Source: the human T2T-CHM13v2.0 reference genome, Homo sapiens. Taken from it: 64,000 nucleotides of DNA. The stretch is taken from assembly GCF_009914755.1 (NCBI RefSeq), contig NC_060927.1; one strand, given 5' to 3'. Within the stretch, counting starts at the first letter, position 1. Every line of letters starts with the position of its first letter. The position numbers and the translations under genes were made by a program. The notes beneath the pieces are model-generated. The model saw only the letters and a program-made list of their open reading frames with translations, searched no databases and had not been told where the DNA came from. Shown in pieces: positions 17,137-33,216 of this stretch.

Positions 17137-17787
17137 CCAGATTGAAAGATGAGAAATATCTCAAGTTAACAGCCCAATGTCACACCACAAGAACTAGAAA
17201 AACAAGAAGAAGCCAAACCCAAAGCTGGCAGAAGAAATAACAACGATAAGAGCAGAACTAAATGAAATAGAAACAAAAAAGAAAAAAAGAAAGGATTAAT
17301 GAAACAAAAAGCTGGTTATTTGAAAAGATAAAATTGATAGATTGCTACTAGATTAACCAAGAAAAAAAGATAAAATTCAAATGAGCACAATCAGAAATGA
17401 TAAAGATGACATTAAAACCGATATCACAGAACTACAAAAGATCATCAGAAAGTACTATGAGCATCTCTACAGGAGTAAACTGAAAAACCTAGAAGAAATG
17501 GATAAATCCTGGAAATATACAACCTCCCAAGATTGAACCAGGAAGAAATAAAAGCCCTAAACAGGTGAATAATAAGTCATGAAATTAAATCAGTAATTAA
17601 AAAAAAATCTCCCAATTTAAAAAAAGGCCCAAGATCAGATAGATTTATAGCTGAATTCTACCAGACCTACAAGAAGAACTGGTATCAATCTTACTGAAAT
17701 TGTTCCAAAAAACTGAGAAGGAGAGAAACCTCCCTAGCTCATTCTATGAATCCAATATTGATTGCCCTGATACCAAAGCCAGGAAAC

Positions 17788-18114
17788 GAGAAAGAACAGA
17801 ACGGCAAGAAAGAACAGAACGGAAAGAGAACAGAACGGAAAGAAAGAACAGAACGGAAAGAAAGAACAGAACGGAAAGAAGAGGGAGGGAGAGAGGGAGG
17901 GAGGGAAGGGGAGGAGAAAGGAAGGAAGGGGAGGAGGAAGGAAGGAAGGGGAGGAGGAAGGAAGGAAGGAAGGAGAGGAGGAAGGAAGGAAGGAGAGGAG
18001 GAAGGAAGGAAGGAGAGGAGGAAGGAAGGAAGGAGAGGAGGAAGGAAGGAAGGAGAGGAGGAAGGAAGGAGAGGAGGAAGGAAGGAGAGGAGGAAGGAAG
18101 GAAGGAAGGAGAGG
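17788..18114. repeat. Compound purine-rich VNTR: ~5x 18-bp aaagaaagaacagaacgg then 16/20-bp aaggagaggaggaagg(aagg) units
   Basis: Directly visible. Confidence 0.95.
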
Positions 18115-20916
18115 ATGCAAATTTAGCATCCATTCATAGTTTAAAAAAAATTCAACAAACTAAGCATTGAAAGAACATACCTTAAAATAATAAAAGCCAT
18201 CTATGACAGACCAACAGCCAACATCACACTAAACGAGGAAAAGTTTAAAGCATTCCATGTAAGAACTGAAACAGAAAAAGGAAGCCCATTTTTATTATTT
18301 TTATTCAACATAGTACTGGAAGTCCCAGCTAGAGCTATCAGGCAAGAGAAAGAAAGAAATAAAAGACACCCAAGTTGGAAAAGAGGAAGTCAAATTATCT
18401 GTTTGATGCAGATATGACCTTATACCTAGAAAACCCTAAAGACTCCTTCAAAACACTCTTAGATTTGATAAATTACTTTAGTGAATTTGTAAGATACAAA
18501 AATCCATGAATAAAAATGAGTAGCATTTTTATACACCAATAATAATCAAGTTGAAAATCAAGTCAAGAAGGCAATTCTATTTACAATAGCTACAACACAC
18601 ACACACACACACACCCCTAGGAATACATGTAACCAAGGAAATGAAAGATCTCTACAAGAAGAACTACAAAACATTGATGAAAGAAATCATAGAGGACAGA
18701 AACAAATGGAAAAATATCTTATGCTCATGGACTGAAAAAATCAGTATCATTAAAATGACCATACCGCCCAAAGCAATCTACAGATTCAATGCAATTTCTA
18801 TCAACTTACCAATGTCATTTTTCACAGAATTAGAAAAAACAATTCCAAAATTCATATGCAACCCAAAAAAAGCCTGAGTAGCCAAAGCTATCCTAAGTAA
18901 AAAGAACAAAGTTGGAAACATCACATTACTTGACTTCAAATTATACTACAAGGCTATAGTAACCAAAACAGCATTGTACTGGTATAAAAATAGACACATA
19001 GATCAATTGAACAGAATAGAGAACCCAGAAATAAAGCCAAATATCTACAACCAACTGATCTTAGACAAAGCTGACAAAAACATACATTGGGAGGAAAGGA
19101 CACTCTATTTAATAAATGGTGCTGGGAAACTGGATAGCCATATACAGAAGAATAAAATTGAACCCGTTTACTTACCATATACAAAAATTAACTCAAGATG
19201 GACTAAAGGCTTAAACATAAGACTGGAAACTATGAAAATCCTAGAAAAAAAAAACCTGGGAAAAACTCTTCTGGACATTGACCTAGGCAAATAATTTATG
19301 ACTATGTTCTCAAAAGCAAATGCAACAAAAATAGACAAATGGGACTTAATTGAACTAAAAAGCTTCTGCACAGCAAAAGAAACAATCAACAGAGTAAACA
19401 GACAACCTACAAAATGGGAAAAAATATTCATAAACTATGCATCTAACAAAAGGCTAATATCCAGAATCTACAAGGAACTCAAACAGGTCAATAAGAAAAA
19501 AACAAATAACCCTATTAAAAAGTGAGCAAAGGGTGTGGACAGACAGTTCTCAAAAGAAGACATACAAGCAGCCAACAAACATATGAAATAATGCTCACCA
19601 TTACTAATCATCATAGAAATGCAAATTTAAACCACAATGAGATACTATCTTATACCATTCAGAATGGCTATTACTAAAAGTCAAAAACAATATATGTTGG
19701 TGAGAAGGTGGAGAAAGGAAAATGCTTATACACTGTTGGTGAGAATGTAAATTAGTACAGCCTCTAAGAAAAACAGTATGGAGCATTCTCAAAGAGCTGA
19801 AAGTGGAACTATCAAAAGAAATCCTTATGTAAAAGACACCTGCACTTGAATGTTTACCGCAGCACTATTCACAATAGCAAAGTCATGGAATCAATCTAAA
19901 TGTCCATCAATGGATGATTGAATAAAGAAAATGTAGGGTATATACACCATGGAATACTACTCAGCTATAAAAAAAGAATGAAATCATGTATTTTACAGCA
20001 ATGTGTATGGAACAACTGGAGGCCAAGACCCTAACTGAAATAAATGCATGTTCTTACATATAAGTGGAAGCTAAATAATGGGTACACAGGGACATAAAGA
20101 GTAGAGTAATTAGTATTGGAGACTCCAAAAGGTGGGAAGGTGTGAGGGTTGAAAAATTACCTATTAAGTACAATGTTCACTATTTGGGCAATGGGTACAC
20201 TAAAAGTCCAGACTTTGTCACTATGCAATATATCCACTTAACAAAACTGCATGTGTACCTGCTAAATCTATAAAAATTTAAAAAGTTATTTTAAGGCAGA
20301 TATTGTCAGATTGGATAAGGTAAATAAGACTCAACAATATCCTACTTACAACAAATCCATTTTAAACACAAAGTCACGAACAAGTTAAATGTTAACAGAA
20401 AAAACACGCCATGTTAACACTAATCAAAATAAAATGGTAGAGACTTTATTAATATCAAAGTATATTGTAGAGCAAAAAATGTTTTCAAGAATAAAGAGGG
20501 TAACTTTATAATAAATGAGTCAATTTGTCCAGAGGACACAATAACCCTAAACATTTATGGATTTATTTATTTTGGCTACCCATCAAGAAATTGAACTCGG
20601 TCTTCCAAATAATTCCAAATATTTAAACACCTAATAACAAAGCTTTGAAATACATGAAGAATCTTTGTTCTTACCAGCAGATGAAGAAAAAAATTAAAAA
20701 ATAAAGTAAATGAAGCAAAAAAAGTCTATGAACTTCAAGGAGAAATAGAGAAGCCCACCGTTAGAGTCAGAGATTTCAATTCCCTTGACTCAATAACAGA
20801 ACAAGTAGACAGAAAATCCGTAAGGGTATAAAAGACTTGAACAACACTATTAATCAGCTCGACCTAGTTGACATTTACAAAACAATCCACCCCCAAAAAA
20901 ATATATACACTATCTT

Positions 20917-21052
20917 TAGTTCCAGCTACTCAGGAGGGTGAGGTGGGAGCATCGCTTGAGCCCAGGAGTTCGGGGCTGCAGTGAGCTATATCACGCCATT
21001 GTACTTCAGCCTGTGTGAGAGGGCAAGACCCCCATTGCTAAAACAAAAACCC
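20917..21052 (+). mobile_element. Alu monomer (FRAM/FLAM-like)
   Basis: ccaggagttcggggctgcagtgagctat. Confidence 0.85.
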
Positions 21053-21697
21053 AAAATATCCAAAACAAAAGAAAAGTGAAACATTCTCTTTAATGCACCT
21101 GGAACATTGATAAAGTGAGGCCATACGTCTTGGGTTATAAAACAAAACTTAAACATTTGAAAGAATTGAAATCATACAATGTATGTTCTTGAATATAATT
21201 ATATCAGATATCAATGACAGAAAAATATCTGAAAAATCCCTCAAAACTTGAAAATTTAAAAAACATACTTCTAAGTAACTAATAGGTCAAATTAATCAAT
21301 AAGGAAATTTGAGTTTTGAAACTGAGATAATATAAATATAACGTGTTAAAATATGTGGAATACACCATAAGCATTAGAGGGGAATTTAGAGAATTACACA
21401 CCTATATTAGAAAAAAAGAAAGGTTGTTAAGCAATGAGCTTAGCTTCTATCTTAAAAAACTGGGAAAGAAAATAAAATCCAAACTAATCAGAATAAAGTA
21501 AATAATAGGACCACATCTGAAGTCAATAAAATAGGAACTAGAAAAACATTAGAGAACAATACATAAAAACAAAGCTGGTTATGTGAGAAGATGAGTAACA
21601 TTGACAAACCTATAGCCAGCCTGATCAGAAAAAATAAGCAAAGATATAATGACCAAGATCAGGAATGAGAGAGGTAAATTAATTTAAAGATTCTACA

Positions 21698-21992
21698 GGC
21701 CAGGCGCCATGGCTCATGCCTGTAACCCCAGCATTTTGGGAGGCTGAGGCAGGTGGATCACTTGAGGTCAGGAGTTCGAGACCAGCCTGGCCAACGTAAT
21801 GAAATCTCGTCTCTACTAAAAATACAAAAATTAGCTGGGCATGGTAGTGTGTGCTTGCAATCCCAGCTACTCAGGAGGCTGAGACAGGAAAATGGCTTGA
21901 ACTCGGGAGGTGGAGGTTGCAGTGAGCCGAAATCGCACCACTCCAGCCTGGGCAACAGAGCAAGACTCCATCTCAAAAAAAAGAAAAAAAAA
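21698..21992 (+). mobile_element. AluS, TSD aaagattctacag
   Basis: Alu consensus. Confidence 0.95.
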
Positions 21993-22399
21993 GATTCTAC
22001 AGATATTAAATGTATAATAAGAATATATTATAAGCAACGTTATGCCTTTAAATTCAGCAACTGGGACGAACTACTAAAATTCTTTGAAAGACACAAACTA
22101 CCATTTTCTTTGGGAATGACAATTCATCTCAGCAGGCAAGAGCAGGTTAGTATATAATTGAAAGAGACCAGAAGGAAGCATGGAAAATTATGAGACATAG
22201 TTTAATGATAGTTTTTAACACCCAGAAACTTTCAGTTTCTTTATGATCAGTTTTCTTTTTTTTTTTTTTTTTTTTTTTAGCAAAAAGACATCAGTAGAAT
22301 CTGAGAATATAATTTTAAATGTGTCAAAGATGTGATGAAAAACCCTTGACTTTTTTTAAGGCCTAAAAAAAGAGTCACTGAGTTTTATATATTTCTAAC

Positions 22400-22528
22400 C
22401 TAAGATCTTAGGTAAAAAGTCATTTTAATGTGTTTGAGGCAAAGTGATTTCTTCTATTCTCCAGAAGTATCTTTTTATGACCTTCAAGAAAATGTCTATA
22501 ATATTCGTAACTGGCATGGACTAAATCG
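22400..22528 (-). pseudogene. Pseudo-exon with RGS-domain helix motif (DLVHASYEYYRHFLEGHK/RYFWRIEEI)
   Basis: cttcttatatattatag| acceptor; non-L1 island between L1s; F/Y-R-x-F-L ... F-W-x-x-E RGS signature across a frameshift. Confidence 0.6.
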
Positions 22529-22559
22529 CTATAATATATAAGAAGTTTCCACAAATTTA

Positions 22560-22848
22560 CAATAAAGACAAAAGAGGCTGTAGAAAAAATGATCAAAGGA
22601 TATTGACAAGCAATTTGCAAGAAAAAGTAACAAAAATATTAAAACAGCTTCAACTTCATTAGTTATCAGAAACAAAACAATGAGATAGCATTTTTCATCT
22701 ATTAGACTGACAGGTAAAAAAACTTAATAATAACCATTGCTGAAAATGAGGAAATGGGAAATTTCATGATTTCTTTTGGAAATATAAATTGCTATAGCTT
22801 TTGAGAGCAATTTTGTATTATCTGTTAAAGTTTAAAATATATATATGC
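22560..22848 (+). mobile_element. L1ME-like 3' fragment (resumes at ~28558-28670)
   Basis: Degenerate L1M 3' sequence split by the younger L1. Confidence 0.6.
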
Positions 22849-23789
22849 TGAATAAAGGATAAAACCCACATGATCATTTCATTAGATGCAGAAAGAACAT
22901 TTGACAAAATCAAATGCATTTTCATGATAAAAACACTCAACAAATTAGGTACAGAAGGAAAATTCCTCAACCAGATTAAGGGCATCTATAAAAAACCTAC
23001 AGTTAACATCAATTTAATGGTAAAATACTGGATGCTTTCCCCTAAAATCAAGAACAGACAATATGTCTGCTTTTATTACTTTTATTCACCATTGTACTGG
23101 AGGTTCTAGCCAGGGAAATTAGGTAAGAAAAACAAATAAAAGTCATCCAGATTGGAAAGGAAGAAGCAAAACTATCTCTATTTGAAAATGATAATCCCGT
23201 ATAAAGAAAACCCTAAGGAATCTACTAAAAAAAACTATAAGAACTATAAACAGTTTCAGCAAGTTTGCAAAATACAAGACCAATACACAGAAATCAATTA
23301 TATATCTACACATTAGTAATGAACAATCTGAAAGAAAATCAATAAAAATAATTTTTTGATAATGACACCAAAAAGAATAAAATACTGAGGATCAAATTTA
23401 ACAACAGCAACAAAAAAAATCTGAGATACATACATGGGAAATTACAAAACATTATTGAAAGAAATTAGAGAAGATCTAAAAAAACAAAGATACACTTCAT
23501 AATGGATTAGAAGACTTACTATTATTAAGATGACAACATTCCCCTAACTGATCTACAGAGTCAATGCAATCCTTATCAAAACATCACTGAAGTTTTTACA
23601 GAAATAGACAAGCTGATCTTAGAATTAATATGGAAATTCAAGTAACTCAGAATAACCAAAGCAATCAGGAAAAAAGAACGAAATTGGAGGACTCACCCTT
23701 CCTGATTTGAAACTTACTACAAAGCTACTGTAATAAAGACAGTATGGTCATGAAACAGAACAGACTATACATCAGTGGAACAGAATTAA

Positions 23790-24490
<701 letters not shown>

Positions 24491-25795
24491 CAGTCAGTTG
24501 ATTTTTAATGAAGTTGCCAAGACCATACAATGAGTAAAAGGATAGAATATTCACAAATGGTGCTGAGACAACTATATAGTTACATGTAAAAGAATGTAGG
24601 AAGTTAGACCCTTCCTCACACCATATACAAAAAATAGCACAAGATATATCATAAGCATAAATATAAAAGCTAAAGCTATAAAAAATGTTAGAAGAAAACA
24701 TGAGTAAATATTTTTACCTTGGTTCAAATGATGGTTTCTTGGATGCATCACCAAAAGCATAAGTAACCAAAGAGAAATTAAACAAAACATACCATCAAAA
24801 TAAACTTGTGTTCATCAAAGGATACTTCCAAGAAAATGAACAGACAGCCCACAGAATTGGAGAAAATACTTGCAAATCATATGTCAGGTAAGGGTCTAGT
24901 ATCTAGAATGTATAAGGAACTGTTACAACTCAATGATAAAAAGATAAATAACAAATTAAAAGTGGGCAAAGTGAACAGACATTTCCACAAAGAAGTATAA
25001 ATGGCCAAGAAGCACATGAAAGGGTGCTCAACATCATTAGCCATTACAGAAATGTAAATCAAAACCACAATGAGATATTTCAAAACCACTAGAATTGCAC
25101 TATATGTATGTATGTATACATATACATACATTTTATATTTATGCTTATGATATATATTGTGCTATTATATGTATGTGTATATATATATATACATGCATAT
25201 ATATACACGACAGACAATAACAAGTGTTGGTGAGGATGTGGAGGAATTTGGACTTTTGTACGTTGCTGGTGAGAATGTAAAATGGTACAGCTTTGGAAAA
25301 TAGTCTGGCATTTCCTCGATAGGTTAAACATAGAGTTACTATATGATCCAGGAATTCTAATCCTAGGTATATACTCAGGCCAAATGAAAACATTCATCTA
25401 CACAAACACTTGTACACAAATGTTCAGAGCAACATTATTCATAACTACCAGAAAACGAAACAATTCAAATGTCCATCAACTGATGAATGGATGAATAAAA
25501 TGTGGTATATCCATCCAGTCGGTAGAACATTATTTAGCAATAAGAAAGGATGAAATTCTCATACACACTTCAACATAGATCAACCTTGATAGCATTGCGC
25601 TAAGTGAAAGAAACCACCACAAAAAAAAACACATTATATGATTTCGTTTATATGAAATGTCCAGAATAGACAAATCTACAGTGACAAAGTAAATTAGTGG
25701 TTGCCAAGGACTGGGGTTGGAATGGGGAGTGACTGCTAATGGGCATAGAATATTATTTTGGGGTGATAAAAATGTTCTAAACTTGATTATAGAAA

Positions 25796-28453
25796 TGAGA
25801 CAGGATAGTTCCCTTGACCCACTTCGTGGGTGGGAATGGAAGTGGCTCATTTCACTTAGCCTGCCACTGGCCACTCCTCATGAGACAGAGTGTGCCAGCA
25901 AGGGAGTGTGGGAACTGGAGAGAATGAACCCTGGACCTGGCCACTCTTCTCTGGCGGAAGCAGGTTCCGTGCGGGCCCTACAGCAGCATCCAAGCCCCTG
26001 TCCTCTCGGCACCTGAGTTCTTGTTTGGCATCCAGGAAGAATTAGGTCACCCACACGGATTGAAAGGTAGTGTATGTAGAAGATTTTACTGGGTAATGAA
26101 TGGCTCTCAGCAGGATGGGAGTTGGAAAGGGGATGGTGCGGAAAGAAAGTGATTTTTCCCTGAAGCCACACCATCTGAAGTTAGCGGCGTCTATCTGTAG
26201 TCTCTGACACTCAGTTGCTGCTTCTCTGCTTGCTGCGCATATACCCGGCGCTCAGCCGCTTGTGTTGCTCTGCCAGCTGAAGTCTTTTTTATATGGGCAC
26301 AGGATAGGAGCATGGCAGGCCAAAAAGCAACATTTGAGGGCAAAAATGGGGTGAGCTGTTTTCACACAGGGCTGTGGTTCCAGGTTTAAGGGTGGGGTTT
26401 AGCCAGGAGCCAAGCCGTTCTGTATCATTTCCCCCCTCTGAAGAGGCACATCTAACTGCCATTAGGATATGCACAACGACCAGTCTTTCCGTTGTTTAAC
26501 GAAAGCGGCAGTTGGATTCCTCCCAGAAGTCTACCCAAGGATCCCCAGCGAAAGGGAGCCATAGTCCGAGGCTCTGGCTGCCTGCCTGTTTGGAGCTTTG
26601 ATGGCCTCGAGGTGAGAGAAAAAACAAGCTTTACATGGCCAAATATGCATGGATCAAACATGTATTATACAAGGAAAGAATCTAGTGTGAAATATTACAG
26701 AAATAAAAAGTGAAATATACTAGTAACATTGTACCCCAAGCTGTCTCACGCTGGTGAAAGAAATTAAACCTTGTATGGGAGAAGTTAAACTTTATGAGAG
26801 AGATAAGTGCTCTTGTCACATCTGTGGCAGTTAACAGGTGAACCTGAGGAATTCTGGGGTCTGTGGGCTTGCATGGTGGTCATTAAAGCTTCTGCCTCTT
26901 CCTTGTGTCTAAATGACCAAGGTGGCTACTTTCAGGAGGTCCCCTAAAGTACTATCTGGTCCCAGGGTGCATTTCTAAGTATAAACTGGAGGTGGTCAAG
27001 TTTGTTGGTTGCCCATTCTGAAAGACAGGGAATTTGGCGTCTCTCATTCCCTTTCTTCTTTCAGTGAAATTTCGAGGTGTGAGGGAGAAAGAAAGCGGGC
27101 ATTCTCCCTTTCTGTTCTTTTTGTCTGAGTCTCGGCAACCTTGGCAGGTGCCACCCATGGGTGCCAATGTGGCTTGCACCCAGGAAGCAGGGAGGGCCTA
27201 GAAAATAGGAATTACGCACACTCATCTGTGCTTCTACCTCCCCTACTGTCGACAACCTTTGAGTTCCCTGGGCCTCATTTATACCATGGAGCATGGCTTC
27301 CTTGCATGAAGCGGGGGGTTAATTGGCAGGAATCGGTCCTGCCCATTTACACTGGGACTGTTGCGTGGCTTCGGTTCCCTCAGATCTGGTTTTCCTTTCT
27401 AGGGCCTCAACCTGAAGTTTAGAATCAAGTTTGAGACCAAAAAAGAAGGTATTTCAGAGGCTGCATGGATTCATTTAGATTTAAGTCCCACATGGACTTT
27501 GCCAAATTTGCAGTTATCAGCCAGGAGGGGTTGCTCCTCTGTTGCCTCCCTAACATAAGCAAAGTGCTGAGGTAGGAAAAGAATCCTCTCGCTTAGAAAA
27601 GAAAAAAAGCTTCAAGTATCTCTAAGTTGGGGGGACCTGAGGGAAGAGCCTCTTGCTCTGTTGAAATGGGTTTCTTTAATCACTGTATCCCTCCCCTGGT
27701 TCAGACCTGCTAGACCTCTGTGACGGGAAACAAAACCAACATTCCTTTCACCTAAAGGAAAGAGAGAGTTGCCACGGTCTTGGAAAAGACACAGATCCAA
27801 AAGTTCCTCATTTTAACTCACTGTTTTTCATATCCTGGACAGGCCCCCAGATGAGACAGGATTGTTCCCTTCATCTTAACCCCCTTCGTGGGCGGGAACT
27901 GGAGCAGCTCATTTCACTCAGCTCGCCTCCTGCCACTCCTGGCGGCAGAGCGTGCGAGTGCGGGAACCGGAGCGACCGAATGCTGGAACCGGCCGGTCAC
28001 TCCTCTCTGGCGGGAATAGGCTCTGTGCGGGCCTCACAGCAGCGTCCAAGCCCTGGCCTCTCGGCACCGGGGTACCTGTCCGGCGTCCAGGAAGAATTAG
28101 GTCATATGAACGGATTGAAGAGTAGTGTATGCGGAAGATTTGATTGAGTGGTGGCTCCTGGTGGGATGGGAACTGGAAAGCAGACGGTGAAAGAGGGTCA
28201 TCTTTCCCTGAAGCCGCACCATCTGAAGTTAGCTGCGTCTATCTGTAGTCTTCAACACTCTTGCTGCTTCTCTGCTCACCGCTCAGCCGCTTGTGTTGCT
28301 CTGCCAGCTGAAGTCTTTTTTATGGCCACAGGATAGGGGCGTGGCAGGCCAAAAAAACAACATTTGGGCAGAAAAACAGGGTCAGCTGTTTTCAAGGCCG
28401 TGATTCCAGGCTTAAGGGTGGGGTTTAGCTGGGAACCCAGCCATTCTGTATCA
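25796..28453 (-). mobile_element. Internally deleted ERV1 provirus (LTR27/LTR1/MER52-group-like): 5'LTR 27852-28453, 3'LTR 25796-26427
   Basis: Two homologous TG..CA LTRs; tRNA-Pro-like PBS TGGGGGCCTGTCCAGGAT after the 5'LTR; PPT agaggggggaaa before the 3'LTR. Confidence 0.9.
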
Positions 28454-29258
28454 GTGATAGTTGCACAACTATAAATATACTAACAACCATTGAATTGTGT
28501 ACTTTAAGTAGATTAACCGTATGATATATGAATTACATCTCAGTAAAGTTGTTTTTTAAAAAATATGCATATACCTTAGTCTAGCCGTTCCAGGTCATAT
28601 ACTACAGCGATAGTAACAAAGATATAATATGTGGTTTATAATAATAAATATTGGAAATACTTAATCTTGCCAATGCATGATCAGTAAGGTAGTGGAGGCA
28701 AAAACTAGGTTTCCCAGGAGCTTCAGGCTTCTCAACTTCCAAGTAGTAATCTCAAGGAAGTACGTACTCTGACTGAAACTGTTTATGTCACAGACCTACT
28801 CCTTAGACCAATCACTGTTCCCATAGAGATAGCTCATTATGATTTGTGGAGTCAGAATCATGTGCCCACTGCTGAAATCAGGAATTCAGGGTCCTGGGAG
28901 AGTCACCCGTGCCACCCACCTAATGTTTTCTGGAAGTTTGACTTTAAAAGGAAGAAGACAGCAAGAGATCAATATAGCTAGAGTGTGGAGATGAGGTGTT
29001 TTCTTTAAAATAGAGGTGACTTGAACACGTTTAAATGCTTGTGCAAAGTAGCCAATATAGAGGGAGCAGTTAAAGACACAAAAGAAATAGAATATTTCTA
29101 ATCAATAGATCTCAGGAAATTATTATTTCCCACTATCCCTCAGAAAATTATATTCAATAAAGGAATTTGTTTCTGGCTCCTTGGAGGATTAACTTTCCTT
29201 TTCATGCTTAGGCAATACAAAGTTGAATCACCACTTTAAACCACATTACACAGACTAG

Positions 29259-29604
<346 letters not shown>

Positions 29605-29664
29605 TCAACCTTCAATAAAAATAGGATTCCCTCCACTCACTCCTTTACCCAGTTAGGGTGTAAT

Positions 29665-30160
29665 TGTGGCAGGCCATCTATCTGTCTTTGCAAAAGGGAA
29701 CATGGTAATCTTTGTTTTGTTTGTTCACCTCTTCTCACATTCTCAGCTGCTGTAGCTGACCCCTCTTAGTTGGAACACGAGGAGGGAGGAGAAGAAAGGG
29801 AAGCAGAAAGTTCTTCCTTGACTGGTACTATTTTAAGACGGCTTTGCGCTCTCTGGTTTTGGCAGATGTTTAAAGCTGAGTCACACTTAAAGCTGGTTTC
29901 ATGGATTCTTTGGACACTATCCTGCAGGACCCTTCCAACTACAACTCCTATGACATGGGCCAAATGTTCTGTTCTTATACTTCCTGATCCACCCTTAGCT
30001 GGAAACAAGAGCCCACTTCTCAGCTCTGTTGGGGACCCATTATTTTCCCAGGCAATCTTAGAAAAATCTCTTGCTAAGTGAAAGTATATGTTTTCCTCAT
30101 TAAGTGAATCGAGTCATTGTTTTAGGTTATCTGCAGCCAAAGGCATTTTCACTGATAGAG
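29665..30160. mobile_element. Ancient ERVL/MaLR LTR fragments
   Basis: MLT-like end tgcagccaaaggcattttcactgata; weak recognition. Confidence 0.4.
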
Positions 30161-30264
30161 CAACATGCATGAATTTTTTATTTTCCTGGTGTCCTGTTTA
30201 ATTTAATGGGAGGGGAGTTGCTATTTGTGTGTTTGATTTCTCTTTAGAAAATGTCAGTGGTCCT

Positions 30265-30630
<366 letters not shown>

Positions 30631-30787
30631 GTTTCAGTGGTCCTAATTTAGAAGGTTTAAACTTCATCCATTCAGAGCCTCAGAGAAAAGCCTTTTTATA
30701 TAAGAAGAATATTGAGGAAATAGTTAAATTGATTATGATTATGAATAAAAACTATAATAAATAATTATTTTTTAAAGTCTTGAGAAC

Positions 30788-30942
30788 CTTATCCCAAAAC
30801 CAGCAAAGGGCAGAGTTCCTGGACTTTTCTCCTTGAATCTTCCTAAGTGAGTTTTCTCTGAGAGTGACAGTTTTAGGAAATTAGATGGAATGCCCATATG
30901 TTTTAGGCAGTAACTGTGATATATTAATAGCTGCCTTAAAAA
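30788..30942 (-). pseudogene. Candidate pseudo-exon (FKAAINISQLL...)
   Basis: Strong acceptor ttcttttggtttcttgtcag|; weak donor aag|gttctc. Confidence 0.45.
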
Positions 30943-31247
30943 CTGACAAGAAACCAAAAGAAATAGAACAAAGAGACTAATTTTGTACCCAGCTACATGC
31001 TAAACTAAACATAAAATGAACCAATCTGAACCTAAATGTAACTGCCACTTTCAGATGTCTATTTAATTTTATAAGCAACTCATAAATATATTCTATTATA
31101 AAAGATTCAAGCAATCTCAAAGTTCCGTTCCTTTTTATAAGTATTTGCATACACACACATAACTTTGAATATTTTACATAAATGAAATCATAAATGTATT
31201 TTTCTATGACTTGCATTTTTAGTTATTAATTTGGGAGGTTATTTTGT

Positions 31248-31870
<623 letters not shown>

Positions 31871-32501
31871 TAATAATTTGTTTTGACAATTTTCCAAGTC
31901 TGTGTACCGAGCTCATTTTAGCAGCTGCATAATATTCAATAGTAGGGTGTATTTATTTATTCAATCTTATCTATTAATGGATATTTAGATTCCTTCCCAT
32001 TTTTAGTTATTAAAACAATACTGCAATGAGTAATAAACATTCCTTTATTCATATTTTTCTATAGCATTTGAAAAAAATCACTTGAAACAGTACACAGCTA
32101 GAATGACATTATCCTCTTAACCACTCCTGCATATATGCTTGCTTAAAGTTTTTACTTTAGTTGCATATAGAGAATTGTCTGATTGGTAATAATATACCAT
32201 TTGAACAAATAGAGTACTGCCTGCATGAAGATAACCTAAAATAGTATCTTTAATAAATGTCACTTATGTCTCAAAATGGAACTGCAACAGACAAATTCAT
32301 AAGATGACCAATCTAATTGAGAATGCAAGCAGACTTTAGGTGGAATTTATTATTCCTTTCTTCCTTCTTTCTTGCCTTCTTTTCTTCATTCATTTTTTCG
32401 CCCTTCTTTTCTTCATTTTTTCTCTTCCTTCCCTCCTTCTATCCTTCCTTTCTTCCTTCCTCTCACACTAGGCTATCACTAACCATTTATTGAATATGTT
32501 A

Positions 32502-32877
<376 letters not shown>

Positions 32878-33138
32878 TTATTATGTATGGACAACAAAGA
32901 GGTTTTTCAAATTTACACACTCTGTTAGAAGACTAAAAGATCTGTTTTGATAAGTGATTCCTCTTTTAAGCAGTTACAGAATTACACTTGTCAAACTGTT
33001 TGTTTTTCATTACAAGGGAAGACTTAGATCACATTTTTATTGCCTGAAAGAAAACCCTCCCATGCTTTTCATGTTATGTAGCCTATAAATAGATGCTCTC
33101 ATTCAGCAGAAAGGAAGCAGAAATGTGATAAGTTTTAC

Positions 33139-33216
33139 ATAAGGCATGAAATATTCCTGTGGTTCATGGGTGGACAAACCGAACAATGAAACCAAATCTC
33201 CTTTACATATTATGGT
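33139..33216 (-). pseudogene. Weak candidate pseudo-exon (TIICKGDLVSLFGLSTHEPQEYFMPY)
   Basis: ctgctaatgcag| ... ttat|gtaaaa; 78 nt open. Confidence 0.3.

Noticed and set aside
17700-18170. Long R/E/G/K-rich and P/S/F/L-rich ORFs
   Set aside because: Stop-free frames created by the purine tandem repeat; the same applies at 39967-40347.
18641-19525. ORFs with L1 ORF2 similarity
   Set aside because: Fragments of a decayed L1PB with many stops; not an active element.
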